A DNA stretch of 64,000 nucleotides, taken from the NCBI GenBank assembly GCA_963555995.3, contig OY821641.1:1952001-2016000 (forward strand). The letters run 5' to 3'. The notes under the pieces were generated by a model. That model did not search any database, was not told the DNA's origin, and saw only the letters and a list, made by a program, of their open reading frames with translations. Below, in pieces: positions 1-9,821 of the stretch (the first letter of the stretch is position 1; every line of letters begins with the position of its first letter). The position numbers and the translations under genes were made by a program. Source of the DNA: Vicinamibacteria bacterium. GTDB taxonomy: Bacteria > Acidobacteriota > Vicinamibacteria > Marinacidobacterales > Marinacidobacteraceae.

Positions 1-1902
1 GAAGGTGAAGTTCGCCGGGTCGTAGAAGCTCGTGAAGTCGAGCCCCGGCTCCATGTCTTCCGGCAGGCTGTGCGCGGTGTAGGCGGCGAACGCCAGTTCG
101 CCGAAGTCCTTGCCGCTGTCCGGCGAGCCCTTCACGTGGACCCGGCCGGTGTCCCGGTCATAGACCACGTCCTCCTCGGCGGCCTCGAGCAGGTGGGCCC
201 CGATCCGCAGGACCTTGGCGCGCACCTTCTCGGAACTCCGCACGAGCGCCGAGCCGCCGACGCAGGCGCTCCGGCTGCCGTAGGTGCCCATCCCGAAGTT
301 GATGCGGCCGGTGTCCCCGTGGACCACCTCCACGCTCTCGATGGGGACGCCGAGTTCGTCGGCGACCACCTGGGCGAGGGTGGTCTCGTGGCCCTGCCCG
401 TGGGTGTGGGAGCCGGTGAAGACGCTGACCTGTCCGGTCGGATGGACCCGCACCTCACCGCTCTCCCAGAAACCCACCGCCGAACCGAGCGAGCCGGCCA
501 CCGCTGAGGGCGCGGGGCCGCTGGCCTCGATGCAGCACACCACCCCGACGCCGCGCAGCTTGCCGTCGGCGCGCGCGTCGGCCTGCGCCGCGCGCATGCC
601 GGCGTAGTCGGCGCGGTCGGCGGCGGTCGCCATCAGCCGGTCGTAGTCGCCGCTGTCGTAGAGGAACGCGACGGGGGTCTGGTAGGGGAAGTCCTCCTTG
701 GGAATCGCGTTCTGGCGCCGCAGCTCCAGCGGATCCCGGCCCAGCCGGGTGGCCGCGAGGTCCACCAGGCGCTCGACGAGGTAGGCCGCCTCCGGCCGGC
801 CCGCCCCCCGGTAGGCGTCCACAGGCACCGTGTTGGTGAGCGTGCCGTGCACCTTGCCGAACACTCCGGGCATCTTGTAGTTCCCGGAGAGCAGCGTGAT
901 GTACAGCGCGGTCGGGATGAGGGGGGCGAAGGTCGAGAGGTAGGCCCCCTGGTTCGCCCAGGTCTCCACGTCGAGCCCGGTGAAGGTGCCGTCGCTCGTC
1001 ATGGCGAGCTTCGCCACCGTGACGTGGTCGCGTCCCTGCGAGTCCGTCATCTGGCTCTCGGTACGAGTGGCCACCCAGCGGGCGGGCCGCCCGACCTGGC
1101 GCGCCACCCACGGCACGATGACCTCCTCGGGGTAGTGGAAGATCTTGCTGCCGAACCCGCCGCCCACGTCGGGGGAGATCACCCGCAGCTTGCTCTCGGG
1201 AATCCCGAGGGTGAAGGCGGAGAGCAGCAGCCGGATCGGGTGCGGGTTCTGGCTGGTCGTCCACACCGTCATCTCTTCGGACGCCGCATCCCACTGCGCC
1301 GCCGCGGCCCGCGGTTCCATGGCCGTCGGGATGAGGCGCTGGTTCACCAGTTCGATCTCGACGACCTCGTCCGCCTCGGCGAACGCCTTGTCGCAGGCCT
1401 CCTGGTCACCGAGCGCCCAGTCGTAGGAGACGTTGTTCTCGATCTCGGCATGGACGAGGGGCGCGCCCTCGTCCGTGGCGCCGCGCGCGTCCACCACGGT
1501 CGGGAGGGGCTCGTAGTCCACCTCGATCGCCTCGACCGCATCGGCGGCGACGTAGGGATCCTCGGCGACCACCACCGCCACCGAATCCCCGACGTGGCAG
1601 ACCCGGTCGGTCACCACGATCGGCCGGTCCGGAACCTTGGTGTCCGGCACCAGCCAGCCGCAGGGAAGCGAGCCGCAGCCGCCGTCCTTGAAGTCCTGCC
1701 CGGTGAAGACGGCCAGCACGCCGTCCATGGCGCTCGCCGCCGAGGTGTCCATCCCGGTGATCCGAGCGTGGGCCTCGGGGCTGCGCTTGATGGCCACGTG
1801 CACCATGCCCGGAAGCTGGATGTTGGCGACGTAGCGTCCCTTGCCCTGGATGAAGCGGGGGTCTTCCACCCGCTTGACCGAAGTCCCTACGTAACGGCCC
1901 AT
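1..1902 (-). CDS. Xanthine dehydrogenase/CO dehydrogenase family molybdopterin-binding large subunit, form II CoxL-like (C-terminus beyond the left edge)
   Basis: My translation from ATG 1902 gives MGRYVGTSVKRVEDPRFIQGKGRY; it contains GGGFGSK and the active-site loop AYRGAGRPEAAY, and ends in FYDPANFTF at the window edge. Absent from the ORF track because it has no stop in the window. Confidence 0.93.
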   Translation of the reverse strand, partial: MGRYVGTSVKRVEDPRFIQGKGRYVANIQLPGMVHVAIKRSPEAHARITGMDTSAASAMDGVLAVFTGQDFKDGGCGSLPCGWLVPDTKVPDRPIVVTDRVCHVGDSVAVVVAEDPYVAADAVEAIEVDYEPLPTVVDARGATDEGAPLVHAEIENNVSYDWALGDQEACDKAFAEADEVVEIELVNQRLIPTAMEPRAAAAQWDAASEEMTVWTTSQNPHPIRLLLSAFTLGIPESKLRVISPDVGGGFGSKIFHYPEEVIVPWVARQVGRPARWVATRTESQMTDSQGRDHVTVAKLAMTSDGTFTGLDVETWANQGAYLSTFAPLIPTALYITLLSGNYKMPGVFGKVHGTLTNTVPVDAYRGAGRPEAAYLVERLVDLAATRLGRDPLELRRQNAIPKEDFPYQTPVAFLYDSGDYDRLMATAADRADYAGMRAAQADARADGKLRGVGVVCCIEASGPAPSAVAGSLGSAVGFWESGEVRVHPTGQVSVFTGSHTHGQGHETTLAQVVADELGVPIESVEVVHGDTGRINFGMGTYGSRSACVGGSALVRSSEKVRAKVLRIGAHLLEAAEEDVVYDRDTGRVHVKGSPDSGKDFGELAFAAYTAHSLPEDMEPGLDFTSFYDPANFTF

Positions 1903-1945
1903 TGTCGTCCTCCTCCGATCCTCTGCTGGAAAGGCTCCAGCGTCC

Positions 1946-2416
1946 TCAACTCGCGCCGCGCGCGCCGGCCGCGACCACCGACTTCACGATGTTCTCGTAG
2001 CCGGTGCAGCGGCAGATGTTGCCTTCGAGTCCATGCCGGACCTCGGCGTCGCTGGCGTCCGGACTCCGTTCCAGGATCTCGACCGCCGTCATGATCATGC
2101 CCGGCGTACAGAAACCGCACTGCAGGCCGTGGTTGTCCCAGAACGCCTGCTGGATCGGATGGAGCCCGCCCTCGCCGGCCAGCCCCTCGATGGTGGTGAC
2201 CTCGCAGCCGTCCGCCTGCACGGCGAGGATGGTGCAGGACTTCACCGCCTTGCCATCCATCAGCACCGTGCACGACCCGCACTGCGAGGTGTCACACCCG
2301 ATGTTCGTTCCCGTGAGACCCAGCCGGTCCCGCAGCAGGTGGCAGAGCAGCAGCCGGGATTCGACCTCGTGCTCCTCGGCTTTTCCGTTGACGCTGATGC
2401 GAACAGGGTGGCTCAT
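1946..2416 (-). CDS. coxS: (2Fe-2S)-binding small subunit, CoxS/CutS family
   Basis: [18 protein letters not shown] and CRCTGY motifs; ATG 2416 ([11 protein letters not shown]) follows a GAGG-type Shine-Dalgarno. Confidence 0.93.
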   Translation of the reverse strand: MSHPVRISVNGKAEEHEVESRLLLCHLLRDRLGLTGTNIGCDTSQCGSCTVLMDGKAVKSCTILAVQADGCEVTTIEGLAGEGGLHPIQQAFWDNHGLQCGFCTPGMIMTAVEILERSPDASDAEVRHGLEGNICRCTGYENIVKSVVAAGARGAS

Positions 2417-2564
2417 GGGGAGGTTCCTCCTCGCCGGGATCGGATCATCCAGACTCCCGAGAGTATCCGGGATCGGAGGCGGTCCGCAAGGGTCCCGAAG
2501 ACGCCCGGCGGAGGCCCGGCGCGGCGCGTTCCAGCGGCCTAGACTACGGCCCGAACGACCCGTC

Positions 2565-3557
2565 ATGCGCGCCGTCCCGATGCCAGCCGCCCTGATCGCC
2601 CTGCTGGCGGCGGCTTCGCTGACCGCCGGACAGCCCCCGGGTCAGCCGCCGCCGGAGCAGCCACCCGCCACCACGGAACGCGAGACGATCCTCGGAGATC
2701 GCTTCAGCTTCGTGGTGCGCGTCCCGAGCGTCACCCTCGACGTGGTGGTCGCCGACGACCGCGGGCGCTTCATTACGGGTCTCGGCCCCGACGATTTCGA
2801 GATCCTGGAGGACGGCGTCCCGCAGGAGATCCGCTTCTTCACCGCCGACCTGACCCCGGTGACCAGCCTGCTGCTGCTGGACACCTCCGCTTCGGTGCGC
2901 TCCAGCCTCTCGGCGATCCAGACGGCCGCCTACCTCTTCCTGCGCAATATGGCCACCGAAGATCAGGGACGGGTCGCCACCTTCGCCGAGGGGGTGCGCT
3001 TCGGCCCCCCGTACACCAGCGAGATCTGGAACCAGGTGGCCATGATCCGCGCCATGCGGCCGTTCGGCAAGACGGCGCTCTACGACGCCATCCTGACCAG
3101 CCTGCAGGAACTCTCGCGGGTCGAGGAGCGCAAGGCCCTCATCCTCGTCTCGGACGGCGAGGACTCCGGCCCCGACGCCAAGGGGAGCGTCAGCACCCGG
3201 GAGCAGGCCCTCGAAGGGGCGCGGCTCTCCGAAGGCGCCATCTACACGGTGGGCTACACCGGCTGGAGCCCCGAGGGCGGCGGGAAGCTGAACCGCGAGT
3301 TCCTCGACGACGTGGCGGAGCAGAGCGGCGGCCGGTCCTACTACCCCGAGAAGATCGAGGACCTCTCCCGGCACTTCCGGCAGATCCAGCACGAACTGCA
3401 CCGGCAGTACCAGATCGCCTACCTCCCCTCGCGCGACCGCAAGGAAGGCGGCTGGCGGAGCATCGAGGTCAAGATCCGGGACCGGGACGACCTGGTCGCC
3501 CGCACCCGCAAGGGCTACTACGCCGCCCCCGAGACCGACACCGGCGCCTCGCGGTAG
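2565..3557 (+). CDS. Exported VWA domain protein (acidobacterial VWFA-related type)
   Basis: Signal peptide; [49 protein letters not shown]; C-terminal RTRKGYYA. Confidence 0.9.
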   Translation: MRAVPMPAALIALLAAASLTAGQPPGQPPPEQPPATTERETILGDRFSFVVRVPSVTLDVVVADDRGRFITGLGPDDFEILEDGVPQEIRFFTADLTPVTSLLLLDTSASVRSSLSAIQTAAYLFLRNMATEDQGRVATFAEGVRFGPPYTSEIWNQVAMIRAMRPFGKTALYDAILTSLQELSRVEERKALILVSDGEDSGPDAKGSVSTREQALEGARLSEGAIYTVGYTGWSPEGGGKLNREFLDDVAEQSGGRSYYPEKIEDLSRHFRQIQHELHRQYQIAYLPSRDRKEGGWRSIEVKIRDRDDLVARTRKGYYAAPETDTGASR

Positions 3558-3592
3558 AAACCGCGGGCCGCTTCTCCCGTTCGCGGCCTTCA

Positions 3593-3861
3593 CAGCCTGT
3601 GGATAAAGTGACGGGAGCACCGAGAACGCCGAGGCACCCGGCTGACAAGGCGCGTGAGGGAGGAATACCGAGTGTATTCCGACCGAAACGCAACGTAGAG
3701 CGCCTCGTAGAGGCGCGGTTCAGGCGGGATGCATCGGCGTTCGCGTCGTCAGCGGGGCGTGAGCCCCGCGCAGACCCCGGAGCGAGAGGGATAGGGGACG
3801 GGTTCACCCGGCTCCTATCCCTCTTGGCTCGGGAATGCCGCGTGACTTTGTCCACAGGCTG
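3593..3861. mobile_element. MITE (non-autonomous IS derivative), 269 bp, with an extra internal hairpin
   Basis: Terminal inverted repeats CAGCCTGTGGATAAAGTGACG / CGTGACTTTGTCCACAGGCTG (19/21 match), flanked on both sides by TTCA; core shared with copies at 33418 and 37046. Confidence 0.85.
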
Positions 3862-3974
3862 TTCAGACCAGCACCTCCGCCACCGGCGCGCGGCCGGGCG
3901 CGGAACGTGTTCCCCGGGCCGGAAAGCCTGTTCACCACGAGGGGGTCCATCTCACGATCCTGCGTGGCTGTACA

Positions 3975-6900
3975 ATGCTGGCATCGAATTTGTTGGAATA
4001 CACGCGTGACGTGAGGACACGGATCATCAGGAGGGCGTGGGTGGCTCTGCCGTCGTTCCATCGGGCGAGGAAACCGCACCTGTCCAAAGAGCAGCACCGC
4101 CGGAGCGTTGCCCGCCGGGTCGGCGACTCTCCGGTTCGAACGCGGCGGATCTCCAGGGGCGCACTCGTGGTCGCCAGCCTGGCCACGCTCGCGGCGGCTC
4201 CTTCCGCTCCTGCGGAGCCGGTCGAGGGGACGCATCTCTTCACCATCGAGGTCACCGGAACGCCGGAAGGCCTGTTGGGAGCGGCCGGCGTCCGGATGCG
4301 CGACGCCACGAACGCCGAGCTCGTTCTCGACGTCATCGAGCACGTCCACTTCCTCGCGCGCTCACCCGACGGGGTGGAGTTCTACGCGGAAACCATCGCG
4401 GCCTTTCTGAACGAGTGGCGCCGGGCGCGCCGCCGGGACGGCTCCGTGAGCCTTGAAGCCGCCCAGGAGGATTCCCGAGCCCGCGACCGGCTGGAAGAGT
4501 TCCTCGAGATGGCCGGATTCCTCCTGTTGCGCAACTCCGGCCGGCTCTTCGTTCGCCCCGATCCCGACGGCGACGCGAAGGCGCGGCGTGAGGCGCTCGC
4601 CGCCGCAGGTTTTCCGACCACCGATCTGGACGTCCGCATGAACGAGGGAGAGGCGATCGCCATCGAACCGCTGTCGTTCGAGATTCCGTCGCCGCTCCCG
4701 GCCGAGGTGTGGCGGAACGCGATCTTCGATCGCCCGGTCGCGGGAGAACGCCTTGCCTTTCGTCTGCTGACCGACCGGCGGGCCGCGTTCCTCTACTACG
4801 GCCTGCTCTCCATGGCGCCGGAGACGGTGCGGTTCCTCGCCGGGGATACCGAACTGCTCCGGGAGCTCTACGAACGCGACGCCAGCGCCTTCGCCGCCTA
4901 CGGGCGCAGTCTCGTCGTGGTGAACGGCCGGGTCCGGACACCCGGCGCGGGGGCGGCGTCCATCCTGTGGCAACGGTTGGTGGGAGAACCCATAGACAGG
5001 CCGGGCGAGTTCTTCAAGGCGGTCCTCCGCCACGACGACGGCCCCTTTCCGTTCCTGTACGACGCGATCGCTTCCCTCGACGCGCCGCAGCAGCGCTTCG
5101 CGCTCGGCGTCGGGTTGGAAGACCGGGACCAGCGTCGGGCCTTCGCGCGGCTCCACGAGGTCATTGCGGCGAACCTGGTGTTTTCGCCCGGCACTCCGTG
5201 GCCCCGCGGATTCCCCGACCCCTCCGTCCTGCTCTCACAGGTTCGGGCCGATGATTCCGGGCAGCCCTCGGGACCCGCCTGGGAGGACCTCTGGGAAGAG
5301 GCGCTCGACGGAATCGAACTGCCGCAAAACGCCATCCGGGATGTCCGGGGCGCCGACCGGAGTGATCCCATCGAAGCTTCCCGGCTCGCCGACCGGGTAT
5401 TCCGGGAACCCCAGTGGGCCGCCGCCCGCATGGCCGCCTTCCTCTTCGCCCAGCGACGTTTCACCGGTGTGGAAACCCACGATCTGCGCCACGTGCTGAC
5501 CACCCTCCGCGGCTTCCCTCTCTTCCAGAGCCTCGTGTCCACGCTCGACCGGATGGGCGTCCAATCGCCGAGGACCTACGCGACGGCCGTGACCCACGCG
5601 GCGAGTCTCAACCGATTGGAGGAACCGGAGGACGTGAGGGATGCCCTGTCGCAGTTCCAGGGCGTGGTCGCCCTGCTGGACCGCCTGCGGCACGTGCGAT
5701 CGCTGTCGGAGGATGCCGTCGCCGACCTCTCCGCATCCGCCGTTGCGGTTCGCCTGCACGAAACCCGCGGTTACGAAGGCCGGATGGCCGGCTGGGTCGC
5801 CCGCACGCTGCTTCCCGCCCTCGGCGCCGACCCGCCGGCCGGGGACTCGGGAGACTCGAGCCTCACGGATCCGGCGGCGGCGACGGCCGCGGGCGATGCG
5901 CCCGCACCCCGGGAGAGTCTCGTCCTCAGGGCCCTCGCGGGCTCCCTCGAAGACGAGGGTAGGAGCCAGCGGGCGACCACCACCTGGGAAGGGTTCTCGT
6001 ATGTCGCCGATCTCCGCGGGGCCGCCCTGACCCGCCTCCTCGAGGCCCGGCAATCGCAATCCGGAGCTTCGCTGGACACCGCACTCGACCTCTGGGCCAT
6101 TGCGGACGCACTCGCCGCCGGCCCCCGGAGCGTCGAAGAGGTCCAGGGGTTGGTGGAACGCCTCCGCTCGGTCGCGAGCGCCCTGCCCGCGCGCGAGGGG
6201 CCCGTCGGGCCGGTGATCGTCTCCCACTACCTCGGGCGGGTGTACTCGGACCTCGAACGCATCCGGCGTCCGGATGATGTTTCCCGCCACGCCCCCGAGG
6301 CCGCCGGACGGCTCCTGCGTCTTTCGGACGCCGTACTGGGCGATGTGCTCCGCGCCCTGGTGTATGCCGCCTACCTCGGCGACCCCCGAAGCGGCGTCCT
6401 CGGAAGCGGCGATCTTTCCGTGCGGCACGATTTCGGCGGTTCCGCCCTGGACCCGGCCTCCCGCAACTCGTTGCGCACGACGCCGTGGCGGTATCCGGAG
6501 GCGCGCACGCTCCCGGACCGGCCCTGGTACGCGGAAGGGGCGCTGCTCGGCCTCGATTTCGCCACCGCCGACCTCCGCCTCCAGCAGATCATGACCGACC
6601 GGCCTCCCGAAGCGTCGCCGCTGGCGAGCTTCGAGCGGGACGGCCTGGCCGCCTCCGTCGCGCTCTTCAACCCGTTCGCACGCACCGAAGCGGAAATCCA
6701 CGAAATCGCCGAAGCGGTGGGAGCAGGCCGCCGCCGGCTGGACGAGCTCGCCGAGTCCCCTGGGGACGCGCTGGCGGTCGCGACGGCCGCGGGCCTCGGC
6801 GGATTCCGCCGCTCACTCTTTCTGTGGATTGCGAGCCGCGAGCCCGAACGGCTCGGCGAGTGGCTGTCCGTGAGGGAACTCCTGTGGCTCGGCTTGCAGG

Positions 6901-7352
6901 AGGCCGGCGCGGACGACGGCGACAGCAGCCGGGCGGCCGAGCGCCTGAGCGGATGGGGCGCCTTTGCCGGACGGATTGATGGCTGTCTGTGTCTCCGCCT
7001 GGCGCCGCCGCAAATGCGGTGGGAGAACTGGCGCGGCCGCGCCGGCAGTGGCCTCGTGGCGGCGCTGGCCGCGGATCTGACCCTCTGGGTGGGGGAAGGT
7101 CTGGCGGTCCGCGGATTGCCGGTGTCGCTCTCCGGGCCTGTCCTCGAGGTCGCCATGCGCCACATGCTCGACCGGGTTCGGCCGACGCACGTGCAGGACT
7201 GGAGCACGGTCCTGCGCTACCCCTCCACGCTCACCGAAGCCGACTTCGAGGACTACGTGTCGTCGCTGACGGGGACGGACTTCCTGCGTCCCGGCGGCGA
7301 TCCCGCCCTCTCCGCGCAGGGCGACGGCCGCCGGGCGCAGCGAAACCGGTAG
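3975..7352 (+). CDS. Large hypothetical protein, probably exported (true start probably later, near 4167)
   Basis: 3.4-kb open frame with GC-rich codon usage; hydrophobic LVVASLATLAAAPSAPA segment; stop overlaps the next GTG start (TAGTG); no domain recognised. Confidence 0.8.
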   Translation: MLASNLLEYTRDVRTRIIRRAWVALPSFHRARKPHLSKEQHRRSVARRVGDSPVRTRRISRGALVVASLATLAAAPSAPAEPVEGTHLFTIEVTGTPEGLLGAAGVRMRDATNAELVLDVIEHVHFLARSPDGVEFYAETIAAFLNEWRRARRRDGSVSLEAAQEDSRARDRLEEFLEMAGFLLLRNSGRLFVRPDPDGDAKARREALAAAGFPTTDLDVRMNEGEAIAIEPLSFEIPSPLPAEVWRNAIFDRPVAGERLAFRLLTDRRAAFLYYGLLSMAPETVRFLAGDTELLRELYERDASAFAAYGRSLVVVNGRVRTPGAGAASILWQRLVGEPIDRPGEFFKAVLRHDDGPFPFLYDAIASLDAPQQRFALGVGLEDRDQRRAFARLHEVIAANLVFSPGTPWPRGFPDPSVLLSQVRADDSGQPSGPAWEDLWEEALDGIELPQNAIRDVRGADRSDPIEASRLADRVFREPQWAAARMAAFLFAQRRFTGVETHDLRHVLTTLRGFPLFQSLVSTLDRMGVQSPRTYATAVTHAASLNRLEEPEDVRDALSQFQGVVALLDRLRHVRSLSEDAVADLSASAVAVRLHETRGYEGRMAGWVARTLLPALGADPPAGDSGDSSLTDPAAATAAGDAPAPRESLVLRALAGSLEDEGRSQRATTTWEGFSYVADLRGAALTRLLEARQSQSGASLDTALDLWAIADALAAGPRSVEEVQGLVERLRSVASALPAREGPVGPVIVSHYLGRVYSDLERIRRPDDVSRHAPEAAGRLLRLSDAVLGDVLRALVYAAYLGDPRSGVLGSGDLSVRHDFGGSALDPASRNSLRTTPWRYPEARTLPDRPWYAEGALLGLDFATADLRLQQIMTDRPPEASPLASFERDGLAASVALFNPFARTEAEIHEIAEAVGAGRRRLDELAESPGDALAVATAAGLGGFRRSLFLWIASREPERLGEWLSVRELLWLGLQEAGADDGDSSRAAERLSGWGAFAGRIDGCLCLRLAPPQMRWENWRGRAGSGLVAALAADLTLWVGEGLAVRGLPVSLSGPVLEVAMRHMLDRVRPTHVQDWSTVLRYPSTLTEADFEDYVSSLTGTDFLRPGGDPALSAQGDGRRAQRNR

Positions 7353-8632
7353 TGCGCGCCGTCGCGGCTCCTCGCAGCGCTTCGGGGCCACGAACCGCCT
7401 GTGGCAAGACCCACGCGGCCCGGTTCTCCCGGCGGGAGCCTCGGCGCTCACGGGGGTTTCACCACAGGCTGTTGGCGGTCCTTTTCGCGCTCGCCACCCT
7501 CGGGATCGCGGCGTCCCGCGCTCCGGGCCAGGAGGCCCCTCCGGCCCTCACGTTCGCTTCTCCGGACGGCAGCCGGGCCTTGGAAAGCACCGAGCGGCTG
7601 TCGGTCGCGTTGCCTCCCGGATACGAAGAACGCACGGTCCGCATCGTGTTCTCCGTGGATGGACGCCGCGTCTGTGTGGCCGAAGCCGCCCCGTTCGAGT
7701 GTTCGTGGGACTTCGGGGGAGACGGTCAGGCGCGCGTCATCCGGGCCGTTGCGGAATTGGATGACGACACCCGACTGGTCGGACGGGTGCACACCCCCAT
7801 GCGCATGTCCATCCGTTTTCGCACGTCCGTGGAGCGCGTGATGGTGCCGGCGGTCGTGACCGACCGTCGCGGCCGTTACCTCGCCGAGCTCCCGGCGGAG
7901 CGTTTCGTCGTGCTCGAAGACGGGGCTCCGCAGGACATTTCCTATTTCGAGGCGCCCGTCGACCGGAGCCAGCTCGACCTCGCGATCGCCATCGACATCA
8001 GCGGAAGCATGGAGCCGGTGATGCCCGGGTTGAAGACGAGCGTGAAGGCGCTCCTCGCCAGCCTTCGTCCCGACGACATGGTCACGCTGCTGGCATTCAA
8101 CGAACGGACGTTCCTCCTCTCGCGCCAGGAGCCGGATCGCGCGGAACTGGCTTCGCTGATTGACGAACTCCAGCCGTCCGGGCTGACGTCGCTGTACGAC
8201 GCCGTCGTCCGGGCGCTGGATGCCCTGGATGAGAGCAGCCCGAGGAAAGCGGTCCTCGCGTTCACGGACGGCGAAGACCGGTCGAGTTTCCGGAGCCCGG
8301 AATCGGTGGAGCAGCGGGTCGTGGACGCCGGAGCGCCCCTCTACGTGGTGACGCTGGGCCCGAACTCCGAAACGGACGAGATCGTGGAGACCGTGCAGCG
8401 CCTCGCAACGGTCAGCGGCGGCGAGGTTTTTCGGGCGGACGAACCGGACGAGCTGGATCGGGCGCTCGCGGTCTTTCGGGACAACGTCAGCAACGCCTAC
8501 TTTCTCGGCTACTCCCCCGGGGATGACCCCTCGGAAGCGGCCGCGCCAGACCGGACGTTTCGGCAGATCCGGGTCGTGATCCGGAACAGCGACGGGTATC
8601 GGGTCCGGGCGCGGGCCGGCTATCGGCGCTGA
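7352..8632 (+). CDS. Exported Ig-like + VWA domain protein
   Basis: In-frame GTG 7352 overlaps the upstream TAG; signal peptide; APFECSWD Ig-like region; MIDAS DISGS, TSLYDAV, TDGED; C-terminal RARAGY. Confidence 0.85.
   Translation: MRAVAAPRSASGPRTACGKTHAARFSRREPRRSRGFHHRLLAVLFALATLGIAASRAPGQEAPPALTFASPDGSRALESTERLSVALPPGYEERTVRIVFSVDGRRVCVAEAAPFECSWDFGGDGQARVIRAVAELDDDTRLVGRVHTPMRMSIRFRTSVERVMVPAVVTDRRGRYLAELPAERFVVLEDGAPQDISYFEAPVDRSQLDLAIAIDISGSMEPVMPGLKTSVKALLASLRPDDMVTLLAFNERTFLLSRQEPDRAELASLIDELQPSGLTSLYDAVVRALDALDESSPRKAVLAFTDGEDRSSFRSPESVEQRVVDAGAPLYVVTLGPNSETDEIVETVQRLATVSGGEVFRADEPDELDRALAVFRDNVSNAYFLGYSPGDDPSEAAAPDRTFRQIRVVIRNSDGYRVRARAGYRR
7395..7471. mobile_element. Internally deleted MITE remnant (77 bp) inside the 5' end of the VWA gene
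   Basis: CCGCCTGTGGCAAGACCCACGCG...GGGGTTTCACCACAGGCTG matches both ends of the 33418 copy; no target duplication left. Confidence 0.7.
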
Positions 8633-8789
8633 GCGACTCCGGGAGGGCGGCCAATCCTCCCGTCCGGGTCTCTGGTGGGCATCGCGCGGGAGCGCGCACC
8701 CCCGTGCTCCGCATGGTCTGCGGGCTCGGTACCGCGCCTCCCCCGACGGACGCATAATCGCCTCCTCGCTTCCGCCCAAGGAGTCCACC

Positions 8790-9821
8790 ATGCGCCGCAC
8801 CCCCTTTGTCCTGCCAGCCGTCCTCGTGCTGGTCACCGCCTGCGGGTCCCCCGCGCCCGCTCCGTCCCCCGGCGCGGAACCCGAACCGGACCCGGTTCCC
8901 ACGCCGGACTTCACCCTTCCCGCGGACAACACCCACAACCGCTGGAGCGCCACCATCCCGCCGGTCCTGACCGTGCCCTCGGGCGCCGTCGTCGAGATCT
9001 TCACCAAGGAAGCCTCGGACGGGCAGATCACCCCCGAGACCACGGCGGAAGACCTCGCGAGCGTGGATTTCGGACTGATCCACGCCCTCACCGGACCCGT
9101 CGCGGTCGAGGGCGCGGAGCCGGGCGACCTGCTCGCGGTGACGATCCACGCAGCGGAGGTCCAGGGGCCCGGCTGGTCCGGCATCTTCCCCGGTTTCGGC
9201 TTCCTCGCCGACGAGTTCACCGAGCCGTGGCTCCGCAGCTTCGACCTGGAACCGGGCGCCACCGAGGCGCGGTTCAACGACCGCATCACCCTGCCGCTCG
9301 CTCCCTTCCCCGGCGTGCTCGGGGTCGCGCCCGCCACCGACGGGATGCTGGTGACCATCCCGCCCCGCGAGAACGGCGGGAACATGGACAACCGGCACAT
9401 GCGGCCCGGGGCCACGGTGTACATCCCGGTCCAGGTTCCGGGCGCCAACTTCTCGATCGGGGACGCCCACGCCGTGCAGGGCGACGGGGAGGTCTCGGGG
9501 AGCGCCATCGAGGCCCCGATGCGCCTCGTGGTCACGCTGGAAGTGCTCCCGAATCCGCGGGGAATCACCGAATCGGAATACGAGACGGACGAGTACTACG
9601 CGGTCACCGGGTTCGACCCCGACATTGACGAGGCGGCGAAGAAGGCGACCCGCCACATGATCGCCTGGCTGGTGGCCGAGCACGGGCTGACGCGCGAGGA
9701 GGCCTACGTGCTCTGCTCGCTGGCCGGCGACCTCAAGATCTCGGAGACGGTGGACGTCCCCAACATGCTCGTCAGCATGCACATGCCGAAGTCCATCTTC
9801 GGCGAGGAGCGCCGCCCATGA
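8790..9821 (+). CDS. Acetamidase/formamidase family protein, predicted lipoprotein
   Basis: HNRWS, HALTGPVAVEGAEPGDLL, GGNMD, GDAHAVQGDGEVSGSAIE motifs; lipobox-like LVTAC. Confidence 0.92.
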   Translation: MRRTPFVLPAVLVLVTACGSPAPAPSPGAEPEPDPVPTPDFTLPADNTHNRWSATIPPVLTVPSGAVVEIFTKEASDGQITPETTAEDLASVDFGLIHALTGPVAVEGAEPGDLLAVTIHAAEVQGPGWSGIFPGFGFLADEFTEPWLRSFDLEPGATEARFNDRITLPLAPFPGVLGVAPATDGMLVTIPPRENGGNMDNRHMRPGATVYIPVQVPGANFSIGDAHAVQGDGEVSGSAIEAPMRLVVTLEVLPNPRGITESEYETDEYYAVTGFDPDIDEAAKKATRHMIAWLVAEHGLTREEAYVLCSLAGDLKISETVDVPNMLVSMHMPKSIFGEERRP

